From the IMG/VR virus record IMGVR_UViG_3300044981_000214: DNA of 64,000 nucleotides. One strand, 5' to 3'. Positions within the stretch are counted from its first letter, which is position 1; each line of letters starts with the position of its first letter. Source of the stretch: a virus (Duplodnaviria; Caudoviricetes). This document shows, piece by piece, positions 10,055-19,984 of the stretch. Below the pieces are notes generated by a model. It made no database searches and was not told the origin of the DNA. It saw only the letters and a list, made by a program, of their open reading frames with translations. A program made the position numbers and the translations under genes.

Positions 10055-10357
10055 TTACGTTACGGGCCACGCTTCAGATATAGCTACGCTCATAAGCCCG
10101 CCTGCACCAGCAGCGATACCATATACCGCTTCTTGTGGCGCTAACACGAATACATGCTGCTCACCTGCAGCAATGCGATATGTATCAGTTCCTGGTTGAG
10201 GTGCAACAGAAGCTGTTTCACCAGCAATGAATATCAACGTGGTTCCAACGTTGTTTACCAACACCCGAATCGGTACAGTAGCCGCGCGTGCAAGCGTTGT
10301 TGGAGTATTGGATCCAACCGCAGCTACTGTATACGTATTGAAGATTGAACGGCGCAC
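10055..10357 (-). CDS. small beta-sandwich structural protein (vertex or decoration candidate)
   Basis: 100 aa all-beta; paralogous to the C-terminal domain of 12611-13516. Confidence 0.55.
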   Translation of the reverse strand: MRRSIFNTYTVAAVGSNTPTTLARAATVPIRVLVNNVGTTLIFIAGETASVAPQPGTDTYRIAAGEQHVFVLAPQEAVYGIAAGAGGLMSVAISEAWPVT

Positions 10358-10363
10358 TTTATA

Positions 10364-10900
10364 TTAACGTGTTTCACTTGGCGGTGCCACGACTAGAAGG
10401 AACCCTTGGAGATTGATTTCAACATTAACAAACTGAACAGTGACAACTTGAGGTTGTCCATTGCTATCAGTGACTATATCGAGTGGAAAGTCTAAGGTAT
10501 CAACGCTAATTTGAAAGCCTTCACTACGAACCAACGTATAGGGCTCCTCAAACTCCCACGTACCGGTTGCCTTATTTAGCAACGTACTTACTAGCGTAGT
10601 TGACTTAGTTAACTTCTCGTTCTTACTAAAGTCAAGGATATTAAGGTGTACACGTTCGTCCATCGTAGATGGCTGTGGTTCCAGGGTAACAGCAGAACTA
10701 TAACCTGACGGTGTTCCCTGCGCTGTCAAACGAATAATAATTCTGTGAACCTCAAAAGGCTTCTCTTGCGAGACCAAAAATGAACTATCAGCAAAGGTCA
10801 CGCCACTTTGCGACGGGCCCACGGCTAATTCTGCAGCTACATTGAATGGCACGCGAAACGTAACCGATTTTCCACTGAATTGTAATGGTAATCTACCCAT
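10364..10900 (-). CDS. putative single jelly-roll capsid protein (small MCP or penton)
   Basis: 178 aa alternating beta pattern (KPFEVHRIII, EPYTLVRSEGFQISV, VEINLQGFLL); size matches the small MCP of two-MCP tailless viruses; inferred. Confidence 0.5.
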   Translation of the reverse strand: MGRLPLQFSGKSVTFRVPFNVAAELAVGPSQSGVTFADSSFLVSQEKPFEVHRIIIRLTAQGTPSGYSSAVTLEPQPSTMDERVHLNILDFSKNEKLTKSTTLVSTLLNKATGTWEFEEPYTLVRSEGFQISVDTLDFPLDIVTDSNGQPQVVTVQFVNVEINLQGFLLVVAPPSETR

Positions 10901-11003
10901 GTTTATTGTCTCCGATAAAAGGATCAGTTACAGGTTCCGTTACACTATCTTATACTTAGATAGATACTTCAATCATCAACTGCACTCTGTTCTATTAAAA
11001 AAA

Positions 11004-11032
11004 TTGACCGGGTTACGGAATTGTACTAAGCT
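11004..11032 (+). promoter_or_regulatory. sigma70-like promoter
   Basis: TTGACC-N17-TAAGCT upstream of 11045. Confidence 0.5.
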
Positions 11033-11044
11033 GTTGAACTTCGA

Positions 11045-12565
11045 ATGCAGATTTCTACTCCTCTACCTCGTCCAACTAATGAAGGTTGCGCGTTCATAGG
11101 CGGATATTTCGATGCCGAAGGTTGCTTGTCGTTGCACGAAATTCCATTACGGACTTGCACTGAGTGTGGATGGGGCTTGGCTATTGGATTTGGTCAAACA
11201 AATCCAAGTGTACTTAAATATATGCACAGTTTTTACGGTGGGCGTCTAAGTCCGGTCAAAAAGGATCCGCCCCCTAATTGGCGACGACAAACTGTCTGGC
11301 AGTTAAGAAAATTTAGGGGTGTATGCTGTTTTTTACAGGACATTCTTCCTTATCTCGGCGAGAAACGTGCACAAGTAGAAGCAGTACTACAACGATTTAA
11401 TGCAAGGATGACTAGAGAAGCTGGAGACGCTTTACAAGCATTATTAACGGTAGAAAAAAAATTAGAGCTTCAATACTTACCTGTTGAATTAAGTACCATT
11501 TGCCAAGCCCCACCTAGTTTAACTGAACGCGCATATGCCGCAGGATTTTTCGACGGTGACGGTTCGATTGAAGTACGACGCAAGGCCTCTACATGGCACT
11601 TGACGGTGACCTTTAATCAGACACGTAAAGAAGGCATCCTAAAATTAGCCGCTAATTACTTAGGCTATAGCGGATTCAAAATAAAGGTTAAGCCTAGAAG
11701 GAACCAACTCTCGTGGCGAATTTCGGTTCGAGAAACCGTCCTAACTTTCTTACGGGATATTCAACCGTTCTCGATAGAAAAAAAGCCGCAGATCGATTTA
11801 ATCCTTACGGATTATTCACCATTAATGTCTGATTTTGAAGGCCTTGTCCTAAACATTAAGTTAGAGATGCTACGTCAAACAATTGAGTCTTTCCCCTGTA
11901 CTGTATCTCTGACAACGGCAATGGAAAGAGTCTTAGCCATTATTCAAGATGCAAATATAACTACAATTAACCAAATAGCCGCTAGATTCATAGATGGAAC
12001 CGAAGCGCTCCCAGTTTTGCTAAGTCAACTTATAGTTGACCAAAAAATATGGCGTAAAGGTAAGGGGAAAAAGATCTATTACGGCGTGGCAACCGCTACA
12101 ACAGATAACTGGATCAAGGTCAATCGTAAGGATCCCACCGCAACAATAACCATAGAGGGAGAGACTAAATCTATAAAGGAGTGGGCAATGGTAACCGGAC
12201 TAGATTACCAACGAGTTCATACACGGCTAAAAAAGGGGCTTACACCAAAGGAGGCTGTTTTCTCCCCGCTTCGTGGAACAGGGCTAGCCAATTTATATGA
12301 AGGCGCAGCTATATTCAAATATAGGCCTAGACGAGTTCACAATGGAGGTGTAACCGTTTCTGTACCTAGTGATATCGTACGGAGAATAAAGCAAGATAAT
12401 TGGGAGCTTGACCGAGTGTACATTCAAACTGAAGGCTACCCAAAAATAAGAGCAAGATTGGAAATTGATGCCAAATACTCTAGTGCGCGAATTTACATTG
12501 GGAAACGTATACAACACCTACCAGCTAATCGCAAATTGACATTTAACCTGACACAAGTAACCTAA
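11045..12565 (+). CDS. double-motif LAGLIDADG homing endonuclease with C-terminal DNA-binding extension
   Basis: FIGGYFDAEGC and YAAGFFDGDGS motifs; C-terminal TIEGETKSIKEWA..RLKKG..EA module. Confidence 0.85.
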   Translation: MQISTPLPRPTNEGCAFIGGYFDAEGCLSLHEIPLRTCTECGWGLAIGFGQTNPSVLKYMHSFYGGRLSPVKKDPPPNWRRQTVWQLRKFRGVCCFLQDILPYLGEKRAQVEAVLQRFNARMTREAGDALQALLTVEKKLELQYLPVELSTICQAPPSLTERAYAAGFFDGDGSIEVRRKASTWHLTVTFNQTRKEGILKLAANYLGYSGFKIKVKPRRNQLSWRISVRETVLTFLRDIQPFSIEKKPQIDLILTDYSPLMSDFEGLVLNIKLEMLRQTIESFPCTVSLTTAMERVLAIIQDANITTINQIAARFIDGTEALPVLLSQLIVDQKIWRKGKGKKIYYGVATATTDNWIKVNRKDPTATITIEGETKSIKEWAMVTGLDYQRVHTRLKKGLTPKEAVFSPLRGTGLANLYEGAAIFKYRPRRVHNGGVTVSVPSDIVRRIKQDNWELDRVYIQTEGYPKIRARLEIDAKYSSARIYIGKRIQHLPANRKLTFNLTQVT

Positions 12566-12610
12566 CTCGCATCAATAGCTAACAAGTGATACACTAAGGT
12601 AACGTAGCCC

Positions 12611-13516
12611 ATGGCCCCTCGCCTAACGCGTGAAGAGCACGAGGCGCTCCGACGTCTTCGTGAACGTGAATGGCGTCAGCTGTCATTAGCCAAGCGCCGT
12701 GAGCACGAAGAGCATAAGCTCATGAAACGGTTTGGTGCGACTGACACTGAAATCGAGCGTTTCTACGCGAACGATGATAACGAAGTCGACCAGGACGCAA
12801 ACGATGATGATGATGATGACGCAGATACGATCGAGCCTTCTAGGCGCTTAGTAATCGCACGCGAGACAGAAAGATCGACTAAGTCCCCTTGGGTAGCTAT
12901 TGCAATTGGCCTAGGTGTTTTCGCCGCTATCACAGCTGCTGGCGTTGTAGTCTATTTATTGCTGTCTCGTAGACGAAACTATGCCCTAGGCGACTCAAGT
13001 AGTCCTCAGCAGCCGATCATCATCACAGCGCCCAGCCAACAGCCTCAGGTCTACCTAGTAAACAATGGTCACGCCGAGGCTATCGGACCCGCCGATCCAA
13101 ACTCTGATCGTACAACTTCAGTGCTAGACCGACTTGAACGTGCAATTTCTAACTTTGGTAGTCCTGGCCGTCTACCTCGTGAGCCATACATGCAGACCGT
13201 TCGTCTGCCTAGTGTTCTCGATCCTAACGCACAGCAAATTCGCTGCGTCTCTGCTACCGACGTACCTTATGAAGCTGTGCTACGCGTTGTCGGTCCAGGC
13301 GGCACCTACGCAATCTTTACCACTGTACCTGGTGCACTAGACCGTCCAGACATAGCAAATGTAGCAGTACCGACCGGTGATGCTCTAATCGTTCCCAGCG
13401 GTCAATTTCATACCATACGTCTAAGTCCTAAACAGGCCGTGTTCGGCAAGGGCTCAGCCGCAAATGTACTAGTTTCAGTTACTGCATCTGAAGCCGTAGA
13501 ACGCGTGTATGGCTAA
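12611..13516 (+). CDS. membrane-anchored structural protein with C-terminal beta-sandwich
   Basis: TM helix then RRRNYALG-D; C-terminal LSPKQAVFG..VSVTASEA aligns with LAPQEAVYG..MSVAISEA of 10055-10357. Confidence 0.65.
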   Translation: MAPRLTREEHEALRRLREREWRQLSLAKRREHEEHKLMKRFGATDTEIERFYANDDNEVDQDANDDDDDDADTIEPSRRLVIARETERSTKSPWVAIAIGLGVFAAITAAGVVVYLLLSRRRNYALGDSSSPQQPIIITAPSQQPQVYLVNNGHAEAIGPADPNSDRTTSVLDRLERAISNFGSPGRLPREPYMQTVRLPSVLDPNAQQIRCVSATDVPYEAVLRVVGPGGTYAIFTTVPGALDRPDIANVAVPTGDALIVPSGQFHTIRLSPKQAVFGKGSAANVLVSVTASEAVERVYG

Positions 13517-13697
13517 AGAACCTGATACCGTCAAGATTGAAGCCTACGATCTCGATACCAATGAGATTGTCGAGATCGAAATTGACCGTGAAGCGCTAGA
13601 GATGATCGACCGCGCTGAACGTGAAATGAAGGAACGTCTTGAGGAGCAGAACCGACTAGACATGTTGGCAATGCTAAATTCACTCGACGATAACTGA
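13509..13697 (+). CDS. small acidic hypothetical protein
   Basis: 62 aa, overlaps the upstream stop. Confidence 0.5.
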   Translation: MAKEPDTVKIEAYDLDTNEIVEIEIDREALEMIDRAEREMKERLEEQNRLDMLAMLNSLDDN

Positions 13698-13701
13698 TTA
13701 A

Positions 13702-13717
13702 GATCGCTAGAGCGATC
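13702..13717. promoter_or_regulatory. palindromic motif copy 3
   Basis: GATCGCTAGAGCGATC upstream of TAGTAT (13734-13739) and leaderless ATG 13746. Confidence 0.7.
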
Positions 13718-13745
13718 TAACCTACAAACGCGGTAGTATATAGGT

Positions 13746-14141
13746 ATGGCTGCGGGCCCACCTATTCAGCTAACCGCGCAAGTTCGTACAGATTCTCCTG
13801 ATCCAGCTGATCCGGCTGAAGTCGTTGTTGTCAAAGCTCCACTACCGCCATTAACGCCTGAGCAATCGAACAACGGAACGCTTACCGCTATACCCTCAAC
13901 AATCACGTCAGTTACCTTATTGGCTGCCAACCCAAGTCGCCACGGTTTCTCGATCTTCAATTCATCAACGGCGATTCTTTACGTCAAGGCAAGCACTAAC
14001 GGAGCCACTGTATCATCAGGTTTCTATACAGTCAGTATAAACCCGCAAGTCTATTACGAAGATCCATACAATTACGTTGGCATAGTTACCGGCGTATGGG
14101 CGAGCGCGAATGGCACAGCGTACGTAACCGAATATGCCTAA
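13746..14141 (+). CDS. small beta-sandwich capsid decoration or spike-base protein
   Basis: TLLAANPSRHGFSIFNSSTAILYV..YVGIVTGVW pattern; precedes three spike genes. Confidence 0.6.
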   Translation: MAAGPPIQLTAQVRTDSPDPADPAEVVVVKAPLPPLTPEQSNNGTLTAIPSTITSVTLLAANPSRHGFSIFNSSTAILYVKASTNGATVSSGFYTVSINPQVYYEDPYNYVGIVTGVWASANGTAYVTEYA

Positions 14142-14144
14142 CTC

Positions 14145-15002
14145 ATGCCTCTATTCTATCCACCCATAGAGATTGCGGCAGGTACCCAAACAGCTAATCA
14201 GGGGACTGTTGTACTAGCTAATTCCAACGGCGTCACGTTTGGAATGTCGAACAGCAGCGTAGTTACTGCTTCTATCAACGCTGTTCAATCGATTTCAGCA
14301 GGAACGACCAACGCTACCGGCAATCAAATAGTTTTTGCAAACAGCAACAATGTCAACTTCGGAGTAAATGGCAACACGGTTACTGCAAGTGTCGTAGCTG
14401 CCGCTGACTCGCAATCTATAAACGCCTTTAGTCATCTAGCAGAGTTCAATACCAACTATACGATTAATGCCAATTTCTTATCGCTTGAACGTGTTTCCAT
14501 GCCGATGGGGATCTCCGGCAGTGCCGCGCTAGTTCTGCTTGATATCTCAGGAATCACTAATAGTTTTGGCGGCGTAACAGTAAATATGGCCGCCTACTCT
14601 ATAAGCAACGGACCAACGCTTGTAGCAATCAATCCTACGACTACTTCTGTAAACATCACCTGGACTAGCGGAACACAAACTACAGCAAGTTCAATATACG
14701 GTGGTGTCAGCGGCACACGTTATCGTTCGCTTGGGTGGCCTGTCAACATGACACCTGGCGATTACTTATTTGCATTCATCATAAATACTACTAATAGTGC
14801 TACAGTGCGTATGTTCGGTAGGCAAGGTGTAAATATAGTAGGTACATATGCTGGGTTTGATACTAACTATCTTCTCGACGGTTGTTCATCGACAACAGTC
14901 ACCGGATTCCCGTCTTCTGTATTTGGCAGTGATGCAAATTATGTTCGAACCGGATTATCAGCACTACAACAGCCCGGTTTTATCCTGATCGGAACGACAT
15001 AA
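14145..15002 (+). CDS. spike/fibre protein (2 stalk repeats plus head)
   Basis: stalk repeats; head with YGGVSGTRYR, MTPGDYLFAF and FGRQGVNIV, close paralog of the 15032 head. Confidence 0.75.
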   Translation: MPLFYPPIEIAAGTQTANQGTVVLANSNGVTFGMSNSSVVTASINAVQSISAGTTNATGNQIVFANSNNVNFGVNGNTVTASVVAAADSQSINAFSHLAEFNTNYTINANFLSLERVSMPMGISGSAALVLLDISGITNSFGGVTVNMAAYSISNGPTLVAINPTTTSVNITWTSGTQTTASSIYGGVSGTRYRSLGWPVNMTPGDYLFAFIINTTNSATVRMFGRQGVNIVGTYAGFDTNYLLDGCSSTTVTGFPSSVFGSDANYVRTGLSALQQPGFILIGTT

Positions 15003-15031
15003 AAATGGTACCCTGAAAGGCGATGTAATCT

Positions 15032-16954
15032 ATGCCCGCTCAATCTAACTTTCAAGACGTAGTAGTCCTAAATCAGGATTCACTATCTGTTAAAGGTGAG
15101 CAGATCATCCTCGGCACCGATGCCGGGTCGAAGGCAGTCGTATTCTCTAACAATGCATTCGCTCAAGCTCTAGGTGCGAACCCATCGGCCAATGAAACAA
15201 TCATGCTGCCCGACGCGGGCGGTACAGTTGGATTGATTACAGCGATCAGCGCTGGTGCTGCACTAGTCTCCCAAGGTCAAGTTGTCTTCTCAAACTCCAA
15301 TAGCATTTCGTTCGGGCTGAATGCATCGACGATCACGGCCAGTTTCTCACAGACGGTTCAACCTGGCGTCACAGCTCTAGGCGTTTCGACTGGCGGTAAT
15401 ACCCTCGGTAACACCGGTACGACACAAGGCACTGTTGTCTTTGCTGCACTCGGCAATATCACGTTAAGCCAAGTTACCGCAGCAAACTCGCTTGCTACAA
15501 TCACGATCAGCGGCTCTCAGTCAACGGCTCCGGGCGCTATCGCTGCAGGGACACAGACAGCAACATCTGGGACTGTTGTTTTTTCGAATAGCAACGGCCT
15601 GACTTTCGGCATGTCTGGCAGTCTGACTGTCACAGCCACAGCTGACTACGTTCGGTCAATCAGCGCCGGTACAACTAATGCTACTGGCAATCAAATTGTA
15701 TTTTCGAATAGTAACAATATTTCGTTTGGCGCCAACGGCGCAACGATAACGGCTACCGTCAACGTTGTTGGGGCAAACGCCGTATCCGGTATCGGCGTGT
15801 CCACTGGAGGCAACACAGCCGGCAACACTGGAACAACGTTTGGGACGTATGTACTCGCTGGTGCAGGCGGTGTGTCGCTATCACAGTCTACTGCGGCCGG
15901 ATCACTGGCTACTGTCTCGATCAGCATGACACAGTCCACAGCGCCTGGGGCCATTGCTGCAGGAACACAGACAGCTACAAGCGGTACTGTAGTTTTCAGT
16001 AACTCGAATAGCATCACGTTTGGCATGAGCAACAGCAGTGTCATCACTGCTAGCTTCTCCCAGACGGTTCAACCCGGCGTTACAGCGATCGGCGTCAGCA
16101 ACGTCGGTAACACGGCCGGTAATACAGGCACGACGCAGGGGACATATATCCTGGCAGGTGCAGGTGGAGTAACGCTCAGCCAAAGTACAGCAGCAGGCTC
16201 ATTAGCTACCGTCTCGATCAGCATGACGCAATCGACGGCGCCAGGTGCTATTGCTGCTGGCACGCAGACAGCAACGTCCGGTACGGTCGTTTTTAGTAAC
16301 TCTAACGGCGTAGTATTCGGCATGTCCAACTCTAGCGTAGTCACCGCTAGCGTGACGGCTGGCGGCAATAGCTACAGCATGACTGCATTCAGTCAATGGG
16401 CTGAATGGGGTACTAATTGGACGCTCAGCAACGCCACAATGTCGATGCAGAAAGTGTCTATCCCTGGGTATCTTTCTGCTACGGCTGCATTGGTAATGCT
16501 TAATCTATCAGGCAATACCAACTCTACTGGTGCACTTACAGTCAGCATGGGCGTGTACACAATGCTGCACAGTACAGCAAGCCTGGCTAGCTCTGGATCT
16601 CGTCAAATTTCATGGACTTCAGGGACCTCGACCTCGGTAAGCTCCGCCTATGGCGGTGTGAGCGGCACCCAGTACCGTACGATTGGCATTAACCTAAGCT
16701 TGACCCCTGGTGACTATCTATTCGCCTTCAATTTCTCGACCACTAACAACGGTACTTGGCAGGTATTTGGCCGTCAGGGCGTTAACATAGTTAACGTATT
16801 TGACGGTATAGAGACCGCTTATTTCCTTGATGGCACATCAGGTAGCAGTACAGGAGCTTTCCCAAGTTCAATCGTTGCTACTAACACGAACTACGGTAGA
16901 ACAGGCATCGCAGCACTACGACAGCCGGGTGTGATACTCCTAGGCACTAACTGA
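15032..16954 (+). CDS. long spike/fibre protein (5 A plus 3 B repeats plus head)
   Basis: QSNFQDVVVLN adaptor shared with 16969; tandem stalk repeats; LTPGDYLFAF head. Confidence 0.8.
   Translation: MPAQSNFQDVVVLNQDSLSVKGEQIILGTDAGSKAVVFSNNAFAQALGANPSANETIMLPDAGGTVGLITAISAGAALVSQGQVVFSNSNSISFGLNASTITASFSQTVQPGVTALGVSTGGNTLGNTGTTQGTVVFAALGNITLSQVTAANSLATITISGSQSTAPGAIAAGTQTATSGTVVFSNSNGLTFGMSGSLTVTATADYVRSISAGTTNATGNQIVFSNSNNISFGANGATITATVNVVGANAVSGIGVSTGGNTAGNTGTTFGTYVLAGAGGVSLSQSTAAGSLATVSISMTQSTAPGAIAAGTQTATSGTVVFSNSNSITFGMSNSSVITASFSQTVQPGVTAIGVSNVGNTAGNTGTTQGTYILAGAGGVTLSQSTAAGSLATVSISMTQSTAPGAIAAGTQTATSGTVVFSNSNGVVFGMSNSSVVTASVTAGGNSYSMTAFSQWAEWGTNWTLSNATMSMQKVSIPGYLSATAALVMLNLSGNTNSTGALTVSMGVYTMLHSTASLASSGSRQISWTSGTSTSVSSAYGGVSGTQYRTIGINLSLTPGDYLFAFNFSTTNNGTWQVFGRQGVNIVNVFDGIETAYFLDGTSGSSTGAFPSSIVATNTNYGRTGIAALRQPGVILLGTN
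16021..16225 (+). repeat. 205-bp segment shared with 4521-4725
   Basis: direct sequence comparison. Confidence 0.85.
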
Positions 16955-16968
16955 ACCGTTGACCTTAG

Positions 16969-18021
16969 ATGGCACAGTCAAACTTTCAAGACGTCGTAGT
17001 ACTCAACTCCAATACGCTGACACTAGGAGTTGAGGCGCTGATTATTGGCACCGATGCAGGTTCCAAATCGATCATATTAGCGCAAGACCCTGCACAAGCT
17101 TCAGCGTTGTACTTGATCGCTTCAAATCCTACTGCACAGATCTCGCACATTCACCCGAACGCAAACGGGACCGTAGGACTGATAACAGCCATATCTGCAG
17201 GTACTACGCTACAGAGCAACGGCCAGATCGTACTATCTAATTCGAACCTAGTTTCGTTCGGTGTCAACGCCTCAACAATAACAGCATCAGCCGGTTACGT
17301 TGCGTCAGTCAGCGCAGGGACAACGAACGCTACAGGTAATCAGATTGTATTCAGTAATGCAAATGGGATCAGCTTTGGCGCTAACGGCGCGACGATAACA
17401 GCCAAAGAGCCGTCGTTCAGTCTGTACCGTCCAAGCGATAATGTTGAAGTCGGTTTCCCGATAGTCGGTAATTCGACTGCAGGCTCTAATGTAACAATTC
17501 GTCGTATATCCGTACCGAATCAGATTAGTGCTACCGAACTGGACATGCTAGCACATTTGACTCTTGCCGGTTCTACAGCCGGCAGTTTCACTCTTTCGGC
17601 TTGCATGTATACATTCGCAGGATCTACCGCATCGTCTGTTAGTTCGGGTTCTGTGGGATACACCTGGAACAGTGGAACAAATACTGGAGCGTCATCAATT
17701 TATGGCGGTAATAGCGGGACCCGTTGGCGCACGATGTCTATCAATACCTGGAACATAACGCCAGGTGAATACTTGATGGCTATAGCGGGATCGATCAACG
17801 GCCCTGCAGGTACAACCGGAACACTATCACTCTACGGTATATCGACTGTATCTGTTGTGGCAGCTTGGGGCGGTGGTAACTTTAGTCAGTACTGGGCTGA
17901 CGGTATTTTTTCTGGTGGCACCGCAGCATTTCCTGCATCGATTCATTTGTCAGCATTGCTTCAGACAGGGTCGACAGCATTAGCTTTGCCACACTTCAGA
18001 CTAATCGGTTCAGGACCGTAG
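16969..18021 (+). CDS. spike/fibre protein (QSNFQD adaptor, 2 repeats, head)
   Basis: same N-terminal adaptor as 15032; head with ITPGEYLMA. Confidence 0.75.
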   Translation: MAQSNFQDVVVLNSNTLTLGVEALIIGTDAGSKSIILAQDPAQASALYLIASNPTAQISHIHPNANGTVGLITAISAGTTLQSNGQIVLSNSNLVSFGVNASTITASAGYVASVSAGTTNATGNQIVFSNANGISFGANGATITAKEPSFSLYRPSDNVEVGFPIVGNSTAGSNVTIRRISVPNQISATELDMLAHLTLAGSTAGSFTLSACMYTFAGSTASSVSSGSVGYTWNSGTNTGASSIYGGNSGTRWRTMSINTWNITPGEYLMAIAGSINGPAGTTGTLSLYGISTVSVVAAWGGGNFSQYWADGIFSGGTAAFPASIHLSALLQTGSTALALPHFRLIGSGP

Positions 18022-18026
18022 AACAG

Positions 18027-18326
18027 TTATACGTCCAGCCCCGCTACTTGGTTTTTCAGGTCAAGCATCTTCCTTTTAACGTCCTCTGTACGCTCATCAA
18101 TGGCACGCTTAACACCATCCGGCAGTTCATGCCAATACACAGGTGAGACTGCATTGGGCCCGCTAAACACGATGGCATGACCACAGGTCATTAGAAGCCA
18201 GACTCGACCGTCCTTGTCCAAGAAAGCTGCTCGAATAACATCACCAATCAGATGCTTGAAAATTTCAGGATGATTAGGCGAACCCTTGTGATCGGCTAAC
18301 GACATTAGACATAGAGCGTACGGCAT
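18027..18326 (-). CDS. hypothetical protein
   Basis: likely ATG at 18326, divergent from the RHH gene. Confidence 0.5.
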   Translation of the reverse strand: MPYALCLMSLADHKGSPNHPEIFKHLIGDVIRAAFLDKDGRVWLLMTCGHAIVFSGPNAVSPVYWHELPDGVKRAIDERTEDVKRKMLDLKNQVAGLDV

Positions 18327-18363
18327 TCTTTCTCGACGGTCAATGTCGATTGTAGATATGTAC

Positions 18364-18392
18364 TTGACTGCTGTACTGTCATACGCCATACT
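18364..18392 (+). promoter_or_regulatory. sigma70-like promoter
   Basis: TTGACT-N17-CATACT upstream of ATG 18403. Confidence 0.55.
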
Positions 18393-18402
18393 GCGGTTCG
18401 CA

Positions 18403-18582
18403 ATGACAAAGACAACCGCAGTCGAGCTGTTAATGGTGACGATTCGGTTGAGGAGAACAGATGTCGTAGAGGCCAAACGAATAGCCCGCGAACAAGGCGT
18501 GCCCTATTCGTACATAATTCGACAGTGGCTAGCCGACAAGGGCGAGCAGTCTCGACGGGATCGGCTAAAGGCAAAGATCTAA
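18403..18582 (+). CDS. ribbon-helix-helix (CopG/BrnA-like) DNA-binding protein
   Basis: VTIRLRRTDVVEAKRIAREQGVPYSYIIRQWL. Confidence 0.7.
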   Translation: MTKTTAVELLMVTIRLRRTDVVEAKRIAREQGVPYSYIIRQWLADKGEQSRRDRLKAKI

Positions 18583-18596
18583 AGGGTTATTAACCG

Positions 18597-19433
18597 ATGA
18601 CGAAGAAAGACAAGCCTCTAGCACAGGCACCTCAGTTTGCGACACACGCACCGCCAGTTCTAATCGTCAACAAAGGCAATCAGGCACCCGAGCAAAAGAA
18701 ACTAGGAATCGATGACATCAAACAACAACTAGGGCTCGGATTCGATCGAATTGAGCACATCCCTGGAAGTACCTATCGCGATTCTTCGACGGTAATCATC
18801 GTTCCCGAACGCACGCCGTTTTTTCATCAACGTGTAGTTCAGGCATGGCAGAACTTGATCGCACCGATGAACTCCAAACGGTGTTTCATCTTTGTCACTA
18901 ATGAAGAAGTAGGTAAAGCCTACACGAATATGATTCAGCATATTCTTGCTGATAAAGAACTATCGACGTGGAAGTACATACTTACCCTTGAAAGCGATAA
19001 TATACCGCCACCAGATGCACACATTCGTTTATTAGAGACCATAGAAGCAGGTAACTATGATGCTGTGTCAGGGATTTACTTCACCCGCGGTGAAATCAAT
19101 ATGCCTCAAGCATACGGTGATCCTGATGAGTACCGGCGAACGGGCGTACTGAGTTTCAAACCCCGAGATATTCGTGCTGCCTTACAGAAAGGGCAGATAA
19201 TGGACGTAAATGGCATTGCCATGGGATGCGCTCTGTGGCGCATTGATATGTTTCGTCAGATTGAGCCTCCTTGGTTCGTTACTGTTAACGATGTAGTTCC
19301 TGGGAAGGGTATTCAATGCTTCACACAAGACCTTGGATTTTGTTCTCGGGCTGTAGCTGCAGGTAAACGTTTCGCCGTCGACATGCGTTGCCGCGTTGGA
19401 CATATGGACCTCGTTTCGGGCGTAATATACTAA
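18597..19433 (+). CDS. GT-A fold glycosyltransferase (GT2-like)
   Basis: YILTLESDNIPP (DxD-like), DAVSGIYF, GMGCALW..VF-type motif, QDLGFC..GHMD. Confidence 0.75.
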   Translation: MTKKDKPLAQAPQFATHAPPVLIVNKGNQAPEQKKLGIDDIKQQLGLGFDRIEHIPGSTYRDSSTVIIVPERTPFFHQRVVQAWQNLIAPMNSKRCFIFVTNEEVGKAYTNMIQHILADKELSTWKYILTLESDNIPPPDAHIRLLETIEAGNYDAVSGIYFTRGEINMPQAYGDPDEYRRTGVLSFKPRDIRAALQKGQIMDVNGIAMGCALWRIDMFRQIEPPWFVTVNDVVPGKGIQCFTQDLGFCSRAVAAGKRFAVDMRCRVGHMDLVSGVIY

Positions 19434-19435
19434 AT

Positions 19436-19984
19436 ATGCACTGGTCTAAAGGCCCGAATCGAGATCAAATTACTAAAGGTATACGTGCCAAAGCGTTGGC
19501 TAGACAGCAAAGCGGACAACGAAATCCTAACTGGAAAGGTGGCAGGCTTATACTTCAAGACTATGTTTATATCTATAAACCAGGTCATCCAATGGCAGCC
19601 ACTTTTGGCAGTTATATAGCTGAACATCGTTTCGTAGCAAGTCAAGTGCTTGGGAGGTTGCTGGAAGATAAGGAAATAGTCCACCACAAGAACGGGGTAA
19701 AACACGATAACAGACCTGAAAATCTAGAAGTTACAACACAATCTGAACACGCTAAGACGCATATTAGAGAAGACGGGAATCCATTTAGTGGACGTAAGCA
19801 CACTAGAGCAACCAAACACAAAATAAGTTTGGCGAACACAGGACGAAAATGGACAATGGCGCAACGTGAGTGTTTGTTGAGGTTACGAAAAAAGCCTAAA
19901 ACAGACAAAGCTTTGGCAGCAGTACAAAGGAACTTAGCTAAAGCGCGTAGGGTATATAAACGGATGAGGAAGAGTCAAAAATGA
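19436..19984 (+). CDS. HNH endonuclease with NUMOD3-like motif
   Basis: EHRFV..IVHHKNGVKHDNRPENLE..EH; FSGRKHTRATKHKIS. Confidence 0.85.
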   Translation: MHWSKGPNRDQITKGIRAKALARQQSGQRNPNWKGGRLILQDYVYIYKPGHPMAATFGSYIAEHRFVASQVLGRLLEDKEIVHHKNGVKHDNRPENLEVTTQSEHAKTHIREDGNPFSGRKHTRATKHKISLANTGRKWTMAQRECLLRLRKKPKTDKALAAVQRNLAKARRVYKRMRKSQK

